Shown piece by piece: positions 8,985 to 18,465 of a DNA stretch of 64,000 nt (position 1 is the first letter of the stretch; every line of letters begins with the position of its first letter). The position numbers and the translations under genes were made by a program. The stretch spans positions 5,099-69,098 of IMG/VR virus record IMGVR_UViG_3300032246_000761, one strand, 5' to 3'. Under the pieces are notes generated by a model. It searched no databases. It saw only the letters and a program-made list of their open reading frames with translations, and was not told where the DNA came from. The DNA is from a virus.

Positions 8985-9323
8985 ATGGCAACAACATCAA
9001 AAAACGGATATGAAATCCGATCAGACTTATTAGGATTAGCGAAAGATATCGTTGATTTTAATTTTCAAGCTCAAGTAAAAGAGTACGAATACTCAATCAA
9101 AAAAGACGGCGATCAAGTAGTGCAAGAGTTTAAAGCACCAACTGTTACATCAACAGATATTATTGAAATGGCAAAACAATTCAATGAATTTGTTACTAGC
9201 GGTGATGTTATTAAACAAACGCAAGAGAACATACAGAAAGCTCAAGAAATGGTAAAACCTTATGCTGAAGCATATCAAAACACAGTAAAAGCGTTTTTTC
9301 CAAATCTAAAGAACGGTAAGTAA
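8985..9323 (+). CDS. Hypothetical late protein (likely start 8985)
   Basis: Late promoter TATAAATA at 8942-8949, a CA-rich leader and AAGGAG before ATG GCA ACA. Confidence 0.7.
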   Translation: MATTSKNGYEIRSDLLGLAKDIVDFNFQAQVKEYEYSIKKDGDQVVQEFKAPTVTSTDIIEMAKQFNEFVTSGDVIKQTQENIQKAQEMVKPYAEAYQNTVKAFFPNLKNGK

Positions 9324-9324
9324 T

Positions 9325-9528
9325 ATGTTTCCATATAACCCTTGTGAAAACAAATGGTTATCTGATATTAAAAAAGATGGTCAAGTTGATAAGAAACCTG
9401 GCCATCTTTTATCAGGTCAATCTTTTATAGATTATTTAAAGCATAAATTGAATATGAATAATAACATTGATTTTGGATTTGGTTACACAGAAAAACACGA
9501 TATACTAGTTAGAAAAGACGAAATATAA
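9325..9528 (+). CDS. Hypothetical protein
   Basis: 67-aa ORF abutting its neighbours. Confidence 0.5.
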   Translation: MFPYNPCENKWLSDIKKDGQVDKKPGHLLSGQSFIDYLKHKLNMNNNIDFGFGYTEKHDILVRKDEI

Positions 9529-9529
9529 T

Positions 9530-9727
9530 ATGATAAGAACAATTATTGTTACCACTATATTAATACTATTAGCATTAGCAATTATAGGCGTTATACGTTC
9601 CGATAATACAAAATTTACATTGTTAAAAGCATCACCAGAAATTGATCGTAAAGAAAAGATAGCATTTAAGTTTATGTTAATAATGATAATACTTTTTGTA
9701 TTATTGTTCATTACTTCTTGGTTCTAA
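9530..9727 (+). CDS. Small two-TM membrane protein
   Basis: Two hydrophobic helices. Confidence 0.5.
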   Translation: MIRTIIVTTILILLALAIIGVIRSDNTKFTLLKASPEIDRKEKIAFKFMLIMIILFVLLFITSWF

Positions 9728-9736
9728 ACAATTTAC

Positions 9737-9765
9737 TTGACATCCTTCATAATATATGATATAAT
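9737..9765 (+). promoter_or_regulatory. sigma70 consensus promoter for gp33-gp59
   Basis: TTGACA-N17-TATAAT with an extended TG; ATG follows 6 nt after the -10 box, suggesting a leaderless message. Confidence 0.8.
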
Positions 9766-9771
9766 TGTATT

Positions 9772-9984
9772 ATGAACTCAAAAGAATTTTCTTTACAAAT
9801 AGAACAGATAGTAAAAGAAAGAAAAGGCATATCATATATGGATGCTGTATTAAAATATTGTGAGCAAAATGATATTGATCCGTCCACAGTTTCTCCAATG
9901 CTTACAAAAGCATTGAAAGATAAAATAACTATTGAAGCACAAAATTTAAACTATATTCCTAAAACAGGCCAATTGCCAGTGTAA
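9772..9984 (+). CDS. gp33: Late-transcription coactivator gp33
   Basis: FSLQIEQIVKE...SYMDAVLKYCEQNDID...LKDKITIEAQNLN; lies before gp59 and gp32 as in T4. Confidence 0.9.
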   Translation: MNSKEFSLQIEQIVKERKGISYMDAVLKYCEQNDIDPSTVSPMLTKALKDKITIEAQNLNYIPKTGQLPV

Positions 9985-9985
9985 T

Positions 9986-10594
9986 ATGTATGGAGGATTT
10001 GAAGTATTTAAAATATATTTGGCAGTTAAACTTCATTTCACTACAGATAGTTATGACTACCATAAATATGAAGGAAAAGTTAATTGTAAGTTAGAAACTT
10101 TTACTAAAAGAAATGACCGATATTTTTTTCATAAACTTAGCACCAGATATAATAAAGATGATATATTGGAGTTTTTTGTTAGCAATTTTCTTACTGATAG
10201 TAATAAGTGGGTAAAAAGTTTAACAGAACAGGATGGTAAAGATGTTTATACAGATTGGAAAAAACGTAATGAATCTTTTGATTACTATTTTAGAAGTGAT
10301 TGTATATCTATTTTTAATGATTTTACTAACAAGCATCTTTCTTTTGATGATGGTTTTAACTCTTTTGGTGGGCAGCATCCTAGATTTTTTCAATTGGTTT
10401 TATCAAAAAAGATATCTTATGAAACTGCTATTGTTTTTAACCACATTTTATCATATAGCAAACGTTGGGATAAAGAAATTACTGAACAAGTGGTTTGGCC
10501 TATACACTCCAAAAGGCTAGAAAAATATACACAGTTTGTTAAGTATAATCCAACAACTGTAAAATTAATAATGAAAGAAGTATTTGTAAAATGA
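9986..10594 (+). CDS. gp59: Helicase loader gp59
   Basis: YLAVKLHFTTDSYDYHKYEGK...KRNDRYFFHKLS; gene order 33-59-32. Confidence 0.9.
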   Translation: MYGGFEVFKIYLAVKLHFTTDSYDYHKYEGKVNCKLETFTKRNDRYFFHKLSTRYNKDDILEFFVSNFLTDSNKWVKSLTEQDGKDVYTDWKKRNESFDYYFRSDCISIFNDFTNKHLSFDDGFNSFGGQHPRFFQLVLSKKISYETAIVFNHILSYSKRWDKEITEQVVWPIHSKRLEKYTQFVKYNPTTVKLIMKEVFVK

Positions 10595-10818
10595 ATAAAA
10601 TAAAATGGATAGCAGCATCAATTAATATTACAGCTTCCTTAATTCAATCTACAGCTATCATTTCATTGCAATGGATTGCATGGGCACTCTTAATAACTTC
10701 TGTACTTGTTTGGGGGTATGTTGCTTATAAAGAAAAAGATTTTGCCAGATTAACACAACAAACCGTTTTTATTACAATTGCAAGTATAGCATTATATAAT
10801 TGGTTTAAAATTAGATGA
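10591..10818 (+). CDS. Small three-TM membrane protein
   Basis: IKWIAA start and hydrophobic helices; similar architecture to 29205..29432. Confidence 0.6.
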   Translation: MNKIKWIAASINITASLIQSTAIISLQWIAWALLITSVLVWGYVAYKEKDFARLTQQTVFITIASIALYNWFKIR

Positions 10819-11654
10819 GTAAAGTATTTTTAATAGGTAATGGTGAGAGTAGAAAAGGTTTTGATTTAAATATATTAAAACCGTATGGAAAGATATATGG
10901 TTGTAATGCTATCTATAGAGAATATACACCAGATGTTTTAGTATCAGTTGATCATGGTATAATGCACGAGATATATCATAGTGGTTATTGTTATAAGAAT
11001 GAAACTTGGTTTAGAGATTGGACTAGATGTCCAGACTTTATGTATGAAAATTTGGTTTACGCTGGACTATCTAAAGTTGATATAGATGAATTAAAAAAAT
11101 GGCATGTTAAGAATGAAAATACAAAAACAGATGAAAAAGAATTTGTAATGCACGGTGCGAATTTATCAGGCATAATTAAAATATTACATAGAGATAACAA
11201 TAAGATAGAAGAAAAGAATATTAATTCAAATCAATTGGCCATTAGTTGGGTAAAGTATAATGACAAAGCAAATAACATAAATGATATAATGCCTAACAAT
11301 GTAGATTTTGGATGGGCAGCAGGACCAACTTCAGGTTATATATCGGTTATAAAAGAATCACCAACAGAAGTATTTTTAATAGGACATGATTTAAATAGTA
11401 CCAATAACTTTGTAAACAATTTATACAAAGGCACTAAACACTACGTTATATCTGAACATAGTCATACACCTAGTGTTAATTGGATAATACAATGGAAAGC
11501 ATTATTTAACAAATACCCTAATATTATCTTTTATAAAGTAAATACTGAAGTTAATGGTAATGATAGTGTTAATATGTCTATTGGTGAATGGCAAGAGATA
11601 AAGAACTTAAAGTATATTGATTATAAAACACTTGACAAACATTTAGGATTCTGA
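10815..11654 (+). CDS. Rossmann-like protein (DUF115/Maf/sialyltransferase-like GNGxS family)
   Basis: VFLIGNGESR, IYGCNAIYR, VSVD and FLIGHD motifs. Confidence 0.55.
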   Translation: MSKVFLIGNGESRKGFDLNILKPYGKIYGCNAIYREYTPDVLVSVDHGIMHEIYHSGYCYKNETWFRDWTRCPDFMYENLVYAGLSKVDIDELKKWHVKNENTKTDEKEFVMHGANLSGIIKILHRDNNKIEEKNINSNQLAISWVKYNDKANNINDIMPNNVDFGWAAGPTSGYISVIKESPTEVFLIGHDLNSTNNFVNNLYKGTKHYVISEHSHTPSVNWIIQWKALFNKYPNIIFYKVNTEVNGNDSVNMSIGEWQEIKNLKYIDYKTLDKHLGF

Positions 11655-11660
11655 TATATT
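11632..11660 (+). promoter_or_regulatory. sigma70-type promoter
   Basis: TTGACA-N17-TATATT with an extended TG. Confidence 0.65.
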
Positions 11661-11667
11661 ATAATAC

Positions 11668-12441
11668 ATGATTAAAAATATATTAATAGCATTGTGGTTG
11701 TTAACAAGTGTGGCGTTGGCCAACCCTATAGATGATAAATGCCCACAACATGTTTATAAAGGCGCACCAGTTAGTCCTATACATATAGATGATCAGTATC
11801 TATGTAGAACTAATTATGCTGTACATTATAGATACGATACAAGAACAGCAGAATATGTTGTTGAACATGTAACTAAAAAATCAGTATCAGGCAAAGCAAA
11901 AAGACAAGACGATTTTAGACCAGATCCTGAAATTAAAAAAGAACACCAATCATTATTATCCGATTATAAAGGACACCCTTATGATAGAGGTCATTTAGCC
12001 CCTGCTGGTAATAATACTCAAAACGATAAGATTATGAGTGAAAGTTTTTTACTATCTAACATGGTGCCACAAGAACCAAATAACAATAGAGGTATTTGGA
12101 AACAATTAGAAACCTATGTTAGAGAATGGGCATTAAAAGGTATGGATATCTATGTTGTAAGCGGAACAATTTACAGTAGAAACAGTAAAACAATAGGTGA
12201 TAATAAAGTAGGCGTACCTGATAAGATATGGAAAGTTATAATAGATAAGAATACAGAACAATCTATTGCTTTTATATTTCCTAATACTGAATTGCCAGTA
12301 GGTGATTTATTAAAATATGCTACTAATGTAAAAGTTGTGGAAGATTATACTGCCATTAAATTTATGCCAAGTTTAACAGATGTAAAAAATAAAACTACTT
12401 TTAACATTGAAAATTGGCCTGAATTAAGTTTAATTAAATAA
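11668..12441 (+). CDS. Secreted DNA/RNA non-specific endonuclease (NucA/EndoG family)
   Basis: YDRGHLAPA active site, SFLLSNMVPQ...NNRGIWKQLE, and a signal peptide ending in ALA. Confidence 0.92.
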   Translation: MIKNILIALWLLTSVALANPIDDKCPQHVYKGAPVSPIHIDDQYLCRTNYAVHYRYDTRTAEYVVEHVTKKSVSGKAKRQDDFRPDPEIKKEHQSLLSDYKGHPYDRGHLAPAGNNTQNDKIMSESFLLSNMVPQEPNNNRGIWKQLETYVREWALKGMDIYVVSGTIYSRNSKTIGDNKVGVPDKIWKVIIDKNTEQSIAFIFPNTELPVGDLLKYATNVKVVEDYTAIKFMPSLTDVKNKTTFNIENWPELSLIK

Positions 12442-12533
12442 TATGATAATAGGATCAATAATAACTTTTAGTATAATAGTTATACTTGTTGTTTTTTGGA
12501 TATATCTTATAAAAGATATTTTTATAAAATAAC

Positions 12534-12562
12534 TTGACATTATATTAAGATTGTGATATATT
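12534..12562 (+). promoter_or_regulatory. sigma70-type promoter upstream of gp32
   Basis: TTGACA-N17-TATATT with an extended TG; a late promoter TATAAATA follows at 12689-12696. Confidence 0.65.
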
Positions 12563-12748
12563 GGAAATATGTATATTAGAATATTAGATTATTTAATTGG
12601 TAAATTGACCAATTTAAGAGAAAAAGCAAGAACACCAGACCTTAAAGGTATGACTGTTAAGGAATGGGCAGCTAAAAGAAAAAAGTCATATAAATAATAA
12701 TGATAGCGATTATACAGCTAACACAAATACAAACATACGGAGAATACA

Positions 12749-13645
12749 ATGGACTTTAATACATTAAAAACTAGTCATTCTAACTTTGATAAACTTACCA
12801 AAGCACTAGAAGCTAACCTCAATCCTGAGGACGTTAACAAACAATCAAAAGACAAATACGCTGACGACAGAATATGGAAACCTGAACTAGATAAAACTGG
12901 TAGTGGTTATGCCGTTATTCGTTTCTTACCTGCTTCTGAAAAAGAGGAAATGCCATGGGTAAGAGTTTGGTCTCATGCTTTCCAAGATAAAGGTGGTTGG
13001 TATATCGAGAACTCATTAACAACTCTTAATCAAAAAGATCCTGTTAGTGAAGAAAACACTAGACTATGGAATTCAGGTGTTGAATCTGATAAAGAAATAG
13101 CAAGAAAAAGAAAAAGAAAATTATCTTATTTCTCTAACATATTAGTTGTTAGTGATCCTGCTCATCCAGCAAACGAAGGTAAAGTATTCATATTCAAATT
13201 CGGTAAAAAGATATTTGATAAGATTACAGAAGCAATGCAACCAGCATTTGAAGATGAACAACCAATTAACCCATTTGATTTTTGGAAAGGAGCAAACTTT
13301 AAACTGAAAATCAGAAAAGTGGATGGTTATTGGAACTATGACAAGTCTGAATTTGAGACTGTTAAAGCAATTGCTGATAATGACGAAAGTATTAAAGCAA
13401 TTTGGTCTAAACAGTACCCTCTAACACCTTTCTTGGCCCCTAGTAATTTTAAGACCTATGATGAACTCAAAGAGAAACTGAATAGGGTAATTACGGGAAC
13501 TAGAAATACCTCAACTGTTGAAAGTACTGAACTCCCTCCAGTAAAGTCTAACGGTGCGGTAAAAAGTAATGGTAAAACTACTACAGCTGCTAGTGATGAT
13601 GACGATACGTTGTCTTACTTTAGTAAATTGGCAGATGACGAGTAG
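12749..13645 (+). CDS. gp32: Single-stranded DNA-binding protein gp32
   Basis: DDRIWKPELDKTGSGYAVIRFLP, GWYIENSLTT, FKFGKKIFDKI, GANFKLKIRKV and an acidic tail. Confidence 0.97.
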   Translation: MDFNTLKTSHSNFDKLTKALEANLNPEDVNKQSKDKYADDRIWKPELDKTGSGYAVIRFLPASEKEEMPWVRVWSHAFQDKGGWYIENSLTTLNQKDPVSEENTRLWNSGVESDKEIARKRKRKLSYFSNILVVSDPAHPANEGKVFIFKFGKKIFDKITEAMQPAFEDEQPINPFDFWKGANFKLKIRKVDGYWNYDKSEFETVKAIADNDESIKAIWSKQYPLTPFLAPSNFKTYDELKEKLNRVITGTRNTSTVESTELPPVKSNGAVKSNGKTTTAASDDDDTLSYFSKLADDE

Positions 13646-13667
13646 AATCTCTCTCTACTAGTACTTT

Positions 13668-13697
13668 AAAAGGCCATTCGAAAGGGTGGCCTTTTTT
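13668..13697. terminator. Bidirectional intrinsic terminator
   Basis: AAAAGGCCATTC-GAAA-GGGTGGCCTTTTTT between convergent genes. Confidence 0.85.
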
Positions 13698-15240
13698 AAA
13701 TCATCATTGTACTTAAATTTTTATAAGTACGATCAAAATTAGCAATCTCAGTAGTTATAACGTTGGTAGAACTTTGATTAACATTTGATATATTATTTCT
13801 TGGTGCTATTACATTGTTAACATTAGGTTTTTCTTTAGGAGTAATAAATTCTTTATTCATTTCTGTAAATTGATCAGCAGTAGGTAAAGATTTTTTTTCT
13901 AATGGCGCACTTTCTCTCATAGGTTTTATTTTTTCATAATTAGGACTAGCAGCACCTGCTATAGGGTTACCCATTTCATCATATTGTCCTTCTACCAAAT
14001 TCTGTTTTGCGGCATTTGGATTTTCTTTATGAGAATCATACACACTTTTAGCACCATAACCTAAAGCGCCAACACCAGCTATGGCCGCTGCCCCACCCAA
14101 TACATATGGATTTGTTAATAATTTACCAATACCTCCCATCAATCCCCCACCTCCACCCATACTAGACATACCTTTTAAGAAAGTACTAATACCAGATGTA
14201 AAATTTCCTGCTAATGATTTAACACTGTTACCTATAAAATTAAATGATTTGTTTAAAGGTGTTATACTTTTTGTCAAAGAAGATATTTCTCCTCCTAATC
14301 CTTTAAGACCAGAAAACATTTCTTTAGGAAAAGATAAAGTATCAACAAATGATTGTTTCATATCCGTAAACATTCTACCAATCGGTCCTTGTACCTTTTC
14401 TTCTGTACCAATACCTGCTGTTTCTTTTTTCTTTGCTAAATCTTTTTCTAATTTTATTAATTTTTCTTTTCTTTTAATAACTTCTTTTTGTTCATCAGTA
14501 TCTAAAGTTTGTTTATTTAAGTACTGATTAATTTCTTTGTTTATTTGTTTTTTTTGAATTTCTAAATTACGTTCATCTATAGAAATTTGTTTTTTAAATT
14601 CTTTTTCTTGTCTAAATGTTAAAACTTTTAAAGTATTTGTTTTTTCATCTAAATGTGTATTGATGCCTTGTTGTCTCAAATTATCTCTTTGAGCTAAACG
14701 TTCTTCTTTTATTTTTTCTTTAACGTCATTTTCTTTAGAAATAAGTTCTTTTTGAAACTTAGCATTGTTAATCATCTTATCTATATTAGTACCCATAATT
14801 TGAGCAATTTGTTTAATATCAAGACCAAATGCTTTTTCCAATTCTTCAGCTCTATCTAAACCAGATTCTCTAGCATCTTCATTGGTAGATGTTAATAACT
14901 GTATAACTCTTTTAACTTCTACATCAATTGGTAGAAATTGTTTCATTATAGATTTTGTAAGTGATTGTGTTTCTAATATTACAGAAGATTGTAAAGATTT
15001 AAATAAATCGGTTATCTCTTTAGTACCTAAAGAATTTTGACCTTGTGATTCAGAAATTGATTTAAATGATTTTACCAAATCTAATTTAGGTAATGATTGT
15101 TTTATTTTAAAAACATCTTTATCGGCTTTATCTTGTTTTTTTTCAATATTAGTAATTTGTCTGCTCATTTTACCGCCCAATACAGACTTTGCCGCTTCTC
15201 TTGTTAGTATCTCATCCATATCGTCTATAAAATCAGCCAT
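13696..15240 (-). CDS. Putative tape-measure / baseplate hub protein (gp29-like position)
   Basis: Long helical coiled coil followed by Gly/Ala-rich amphipathic segments; lies downstream of gp26/gp51. Confidence 0.55.
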   Translation of the reverse strand: MADFIDDMDEILTREAAKSVLGGKMSRQITNIEKKQDKADKDVFKIKQSLPKLDLVKSFKSISESQGQNSLGTKEITDLFKSLQSSVILETQSLTKSIMKQFLPIDVEVKRVIQLLTSTNEDARESGLDRAEELEKAFGLDIKQIAQIMGTNIDKMINNAKFQKELISKENDVKEKIKEERLAQRDNLRQQGINTHLDEKTNTLKVLTFRQEKEFKKQISIDERNLEIQKKQINKEINQYLNKQTLDTDEQKEVIKRKEKLIKLEKDLAKKKETAGIGTEEKVQGPIGRMFTDMKQSFVDTLSFPKEMFSGLKGLGGEISSLTKSITPLNKSFNFIGNSVKSLAGNFTSGISTFLKGMSSMGGGGGLMGGIGKLLTNPYVLGGAAAIAGVGALGYGAKSVYDSHKENPNAAKQNLVEGQYDEMGNPIAGAASPNYEKIKPMRESAPLEKKSLPTADQFTEMNKEFITPKEKPNVNNVIAPRNNISNVNQSSTNVITTEIANFDRTYKNLSTMMI

Positions 15241-15244
15241 TTAA

Positions 15245-15538
15245 TTAATTTGTTTCTTCTTGTTGAGCTTGTAATTTTTTATCTTCTATTTTCTCTTGTG
15301 TTCTACCATAAGCAGATATACCTAATACAGCACCCATACAGATATGGAAGAATCCAGCCCCCTGTAAAGTTAATGGTTGCCATTGTGTAAAAACAATATT
15401 TTTAAGATATGTTGCTTGTGCTATATTCCAAAGTATAGGAAATATAACAAAATCAAAAGCACATACTCCAAGATATAACCAACCCATAGCAGGACGCCAT
15501 TTGGTATTGAAACTTGTTTCTTTATTCTGTGTACTCAT
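15245..15538 (-). CDS. Holin-like membrane protein (3TM/GTA-holin-like)
   Basis: WRPAMGWLY...FDFVIFP and GAVLGISAYGRTQEK motifs. Confidence 0.65.
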   Translation of the reverse strand: MSTQNKETSFNTKWRPAMGWLYLGVCAFDFVIFPILWNIAQATYLKNIVFTQWQPLTLQGAGFFHICMGAVLGISAYGRTQEKIEDKKLQAQQEETN

Positions 15539-15726
15539 TACTTCTCCCTTTGTTTTTTATCGTTTTCTTCTTTAATATAGTTAACTAATAAAGATACGTA
15601 AATATCTCTTTCCCACGGTATCATATTTTCAATCTCAGATAATGAATATTTATGATGTTGAACTAACGCAAAGTTTATTTCGAAGTATGCCTCTAGCGTA
15701 TTGTGGGCGAGGCTAATTCGAAAAAA
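15538..15726 (-). CDS. gp51: gp51-like baseplate hub assembly module, probably made by -1 frameshift from gp26 (not in ORF track)
   Basis: Frame reads FFRISLAHNTLEAYFEINFALVQHHKYSLSEIENMIPWERDIYVSLLVNYIKEENDKKQREK*. It has no ATG/GTG/TTG before the conserved part and opens at T TTT TTC. Confidence 0.8.
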   Translation of the reverse strand, partial: FFRISLAHNTLEAYFEINFALVQHHKYSLSEIENMIPWERDIYVSLLVNYIKEENDKKQREK

Positions 15727-16430
15727 TCAGATATTCCTGATAATTTAACTTTGTTAACAACATTAGTTTTAGGGTTTTTAACCTCAATCTCTTGCTGTAA
15801 TTTAGGCATAGTATCAAAGAATTTCTTAATCTTAACAAACGAATCTTGTGGCAGATTTTCAATAAATTCTTTTAATTCATTTCTAGTTACATCTTTTGAA
15901 GGATATATTTTATCTTCTTCATAGATATGATCTATACAATCAATTAAGATGTTAAAAAAAGATTCTACTTCTACATTTTGTATATCTTTACCTACATCAT
16001 AATTTTTTAATGTAGGATATTTTAAAACTAAACCTAGATTTCTTTTATCATCTATTAGTATTTTGTTTGTATGAGTATCATCAACATGAACTTCTACTTT
16101 AGTTAAATCAATTTCAGTTTCAGCATACGTTATACCATCATCTTGGCATATAGTCCTAAACTTAACAATCTCCGATACTGATTTTGCTCTGATATTTAAA
16201 AATATATATTCTATATCAAAAATTGGTAATTGATCTACATTTAAAGATTTGAATGTACAAGCGTCAACTATTTCTTTTAATGCTTGAACCATTTGTTTAT
16301 TATCTCCTGTTTCTAAAGCAATAAACAATATTTTTTCTTCTTTAACTAGAAATGGTCTATATTTAACTTTTATGTCTTGTGATGGTAGTATCAACTCATA
16401 TGTTGGTATTTCCACTTTTGGTAATGTCAT
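15693..16430 (-). CDS. gp26: Baseplate hub assembly chaperone gp26
   Basis: LPKVEIPTYELILPS, YRPFLVKEEKIL, FDIEYIFLNIRAKSVSE and FFDTMPKL motifs. Confidence 0.92.
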   Translation of the reverse strand: MTLPKVEIPTYELILPSQDIKVKYRPFLVKEEKILFIALETGDNKQMVQALKEIVDACTFKSLNVDQLPIFDIEYIFLNIRAKSVSEIVKFRTICQDDGITYAETEIDLTKVEVHVDDTHTNKILIDDKRNLGLVLKYPTLKNYDVGKDIQNVEVESFFNILIDCIDHIYEEDKIYPSKDVTRNELKEFIENLPQDSFVKIKKFFDTMPKLQQEIEVKNPKTNVVNKVKLSGISDFFELASPTIR

Positions 16431-16459
16431 AATTAACTCCTTATATTATTATATATTTA

Positions 16460-17461
16460 TTATAAATTTAAAGGCGGAAAATTACCAAATGGAGGAAATA
16501 CTCTTCCACCAGTAATACCGCCAATAGGTATTCTTCGTTTTAGTCCTTGTAGAACTTCTACACCAGCTCTTCGTAATTCAGGTGGTAATTTATTTAATAT
16601 ATCACCAAAGGCACCGTAACCACTTTTAACGTTTACATCTCTAAAGTTTGGTGAACCTAATTCTATATTGCCTGATTTATCTAAGAAATAATTGATCCAA
16701 TATCTAAATGTAAAAGTAACTGTAAATGTTTGAACAGCATTATTTTCATAACTATATTCAACAGGACCGATTACTTTAGGAAAACATTCAAATAGTTTTA
16801 CAGCATAAGTCATATCATCTCTTTCATTTCTACTTTGAAAACTACCTAATTGAAATATATTAACATCTGATACATAATTGTCATAATAATTGTAATTATG
16901 AGATTTGGTACTAAATGCTGCTGCTTGCCATAATTCAAAATATGATCTTTCTCTTAAAAACTTATCACAATAAAATGTTGCTTGTATATCTTCCGATTTA
17001 TAATCGAAAGCAATTTTTCTAGCAGGGCCGTGTGTTCTAATTTCTTTAGTTTCAATTGATCTATTAGGCATGGCAATAGCACTACAGAATGCTCTAACTC
17101 TACGACCATTTGCAGTTTGAACACTTGTAAGTTGAGATTGATCTAAAAATGTTTGTGAAGCTTCACCTGTTGTAGCAGAAACACCTATTTGACCAACATC
17201 ATCAATGCCTTGTAAATTACCTAATAATCCTTGATTGTTGCCTTTTGGTAATTGAAATTCAACATAAAATCTTGCCTTACGAGCAAATCCTTCTGCCTCA
17301 TTAACATAAGATTGAAAACGGCCAATAGTAGTTTCTGGATTACCACCAGCCTTTTGTCTAAAACGTGGATCTGATTCAACGTTGTCTAAAGAAGTGTCTC
17401 TAGGCAGACCTATTCTAATATCCATTCCAGCTACTCTTATACCGCCTCTTAATATAGCCAT
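16460..17461 (-). CDS. Tail-tube-fold baseplate protein (gp54-like tube initiator)
   Basis: FCSAIAMP, ATFYCDK...ERSYFELWQ, VKLFECFPK and FTVTFTFRYW; position next to gp2. Confidence 0.6.
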   Translation of the reverse strand: MAILRGGIRVAGMDIRIGLPRDTSLDNVESDPRFRQKAGGNPETTIGRFQSYVNEAEGFARKARFYVEFQLPKGNNQGLLGNLQGIDDVGQIGVSATTGEASQTFLDQSQLTSVQTANGRRVRAFCSAIAMPNRSIETKEIRTHGPARKIAFDYKSEDIQATFYCDKFLRERSYFELWQAAAFSTKSHNYNYYDNYVSDVNIFQLGSFQSRNERDDMTYAVKLFECFPKVIGPVEYSYENNAVQTFTVTFTFRYWINYFLDKSGNIELGSPNFRDVNVKSGYGAFGDILNKLPPELRRAGVEVLQGLKRRIPIGGITGGRVFPPFGNFPPLNL

Positions 17462-18015
17462 TAGATCATTCCTTTAGATGCTGAATATACTCCAGTATCA
17501 GAACGTTTTTGAAATTGTTGAACTGGTAAATAAACTGCTATCGCTGCTTGTGTTACATCAATTTTTAAAAACCTTGATCTGACATGTTTGTATAGATATT
17601 TTTTAATAGTTGGTTTAACTAAAGGTATATTTTTTACCCTTTTCCAACTAACATCAAATTTTGTTGTAGAATCCATTTTATTATTTGTTGCCCATCTTTG
17701 CATTTGTTCCAATAATCTAAATCTTAATGATGGAGGTAAATAGTGAAAGTTTAATCCACTAAAACCACCTTCTATAGCCTCTAAAGGCAACACCAATGGA
17801 AAAGTATCATAAAAAGGTAATGTCTTTTTATATTTTGGATCATAAAAAAACATATTTAATAATCCTACATTAGGACGACCTGTTAATTTTCCTTGCGTCA
17901 TCAATTTGTTAGCAGTTATTTTATCTGCCATTGAAGCAATAGCATTTTTGTACCAAGAAGCTGATTTCTGAGTATCTCCTTGCTTATTTGCTAGAGTGTC
18001 TAATATACTTGCCAT
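17461..18015 (-). CDS. gp2: DNA end protector protein gp2
   Basis: FFYDPKYKKTLPFYDTFPLV, GLNFHYLPP and IKKYLYKHVRS motifs. Confidence 0.9.
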   Translation of the reverse strand: MASILDTLANKQGDTQKSASWYKNAIASMADKITANKLMTQGKLTGRPNVGLLNMFFYDPKYKKTLPFYDTFPLVLPLEAIEGGFSGLNFHYLPPSLRFRLLEQMQRWATNNKMDSTTKFDVSWKRVKNIPLVKPTIKKYLYKHVRSRFLKIDVTQAAIAVYLPVQQFQKRSDTGVYSASKGMI

Positions 18016-18030
18016 TTACTATATTTATGT

Positions 18031-18465
18031 CTAATTATAGACGCCTATATCTTTTTCAGTGAAGATTTTGAACTCTAAATCATTACCCTCACAATAGGTT
18101 TTGGCCGCTGTCCATTTGGCCTGATTTTTAAGATACTCTAACTGTTCACGTATAAAGTACCTGCTTTGTTTTTTAGGTGCTTTTGGGGGGAAACATTGTT
18201 TATATGGTTTAATCTCAACCATATATTTCTTGCCAGTTTTTAACTTGAAAATGAAATCAGGAAAGTATCTATGAATACGATAATCAATAGGCGACCTATA
18301 CATAATAGGCAATTCTTCACTTGCCCAAAATTCAATTTGATCATTTTTATCCAAATAAACCATCATACGTCTCTCCAATAATGAACGATATACTATTCTA
18401 TTTGGATCTCCAATGTATTTTTTGGGATTAATGGGTTTAAATATTCCTTTATAACTTGCTTTCAT
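18031..18465 (-). CDS. gp4: Head completion nuclease gp4
   Basis: YKGIFKPINPKKYIGD, YRSLLE, HRYFPDF, VEIKP and NQAKW motifs. Confidence 0.92.
   Translation of the reverse strand: MKASYKGIFKPINPKKYIGDPNRIVYRSLLERRMMVYLDKNDQIEFWASEELPIMYRSPIDYRIHRYFPDFIFKLKTGKKYMVEIKPYKQCFPPKAPKKQSRYFIREQLEYLKNQAKWTAAKTYCEGNDLEFKIFTEKDIGVYN

Noticed and set aside
14081-14527. Antisense 148-aa ORF, and similar antisense or nested ORFs (1180, 3610, 6037, 6734, 9505, 10233, 15703, 18828, 22506-23104, 24648, 24919, 30690, 32818, 35863, 37246, 38926, 43171, 43636, 45483, 45807, 49530, 53096, 54651, 56625, 60203)
   Set aside because: They lie wholly or largely within better-supported genes and show no recognisable motifs.
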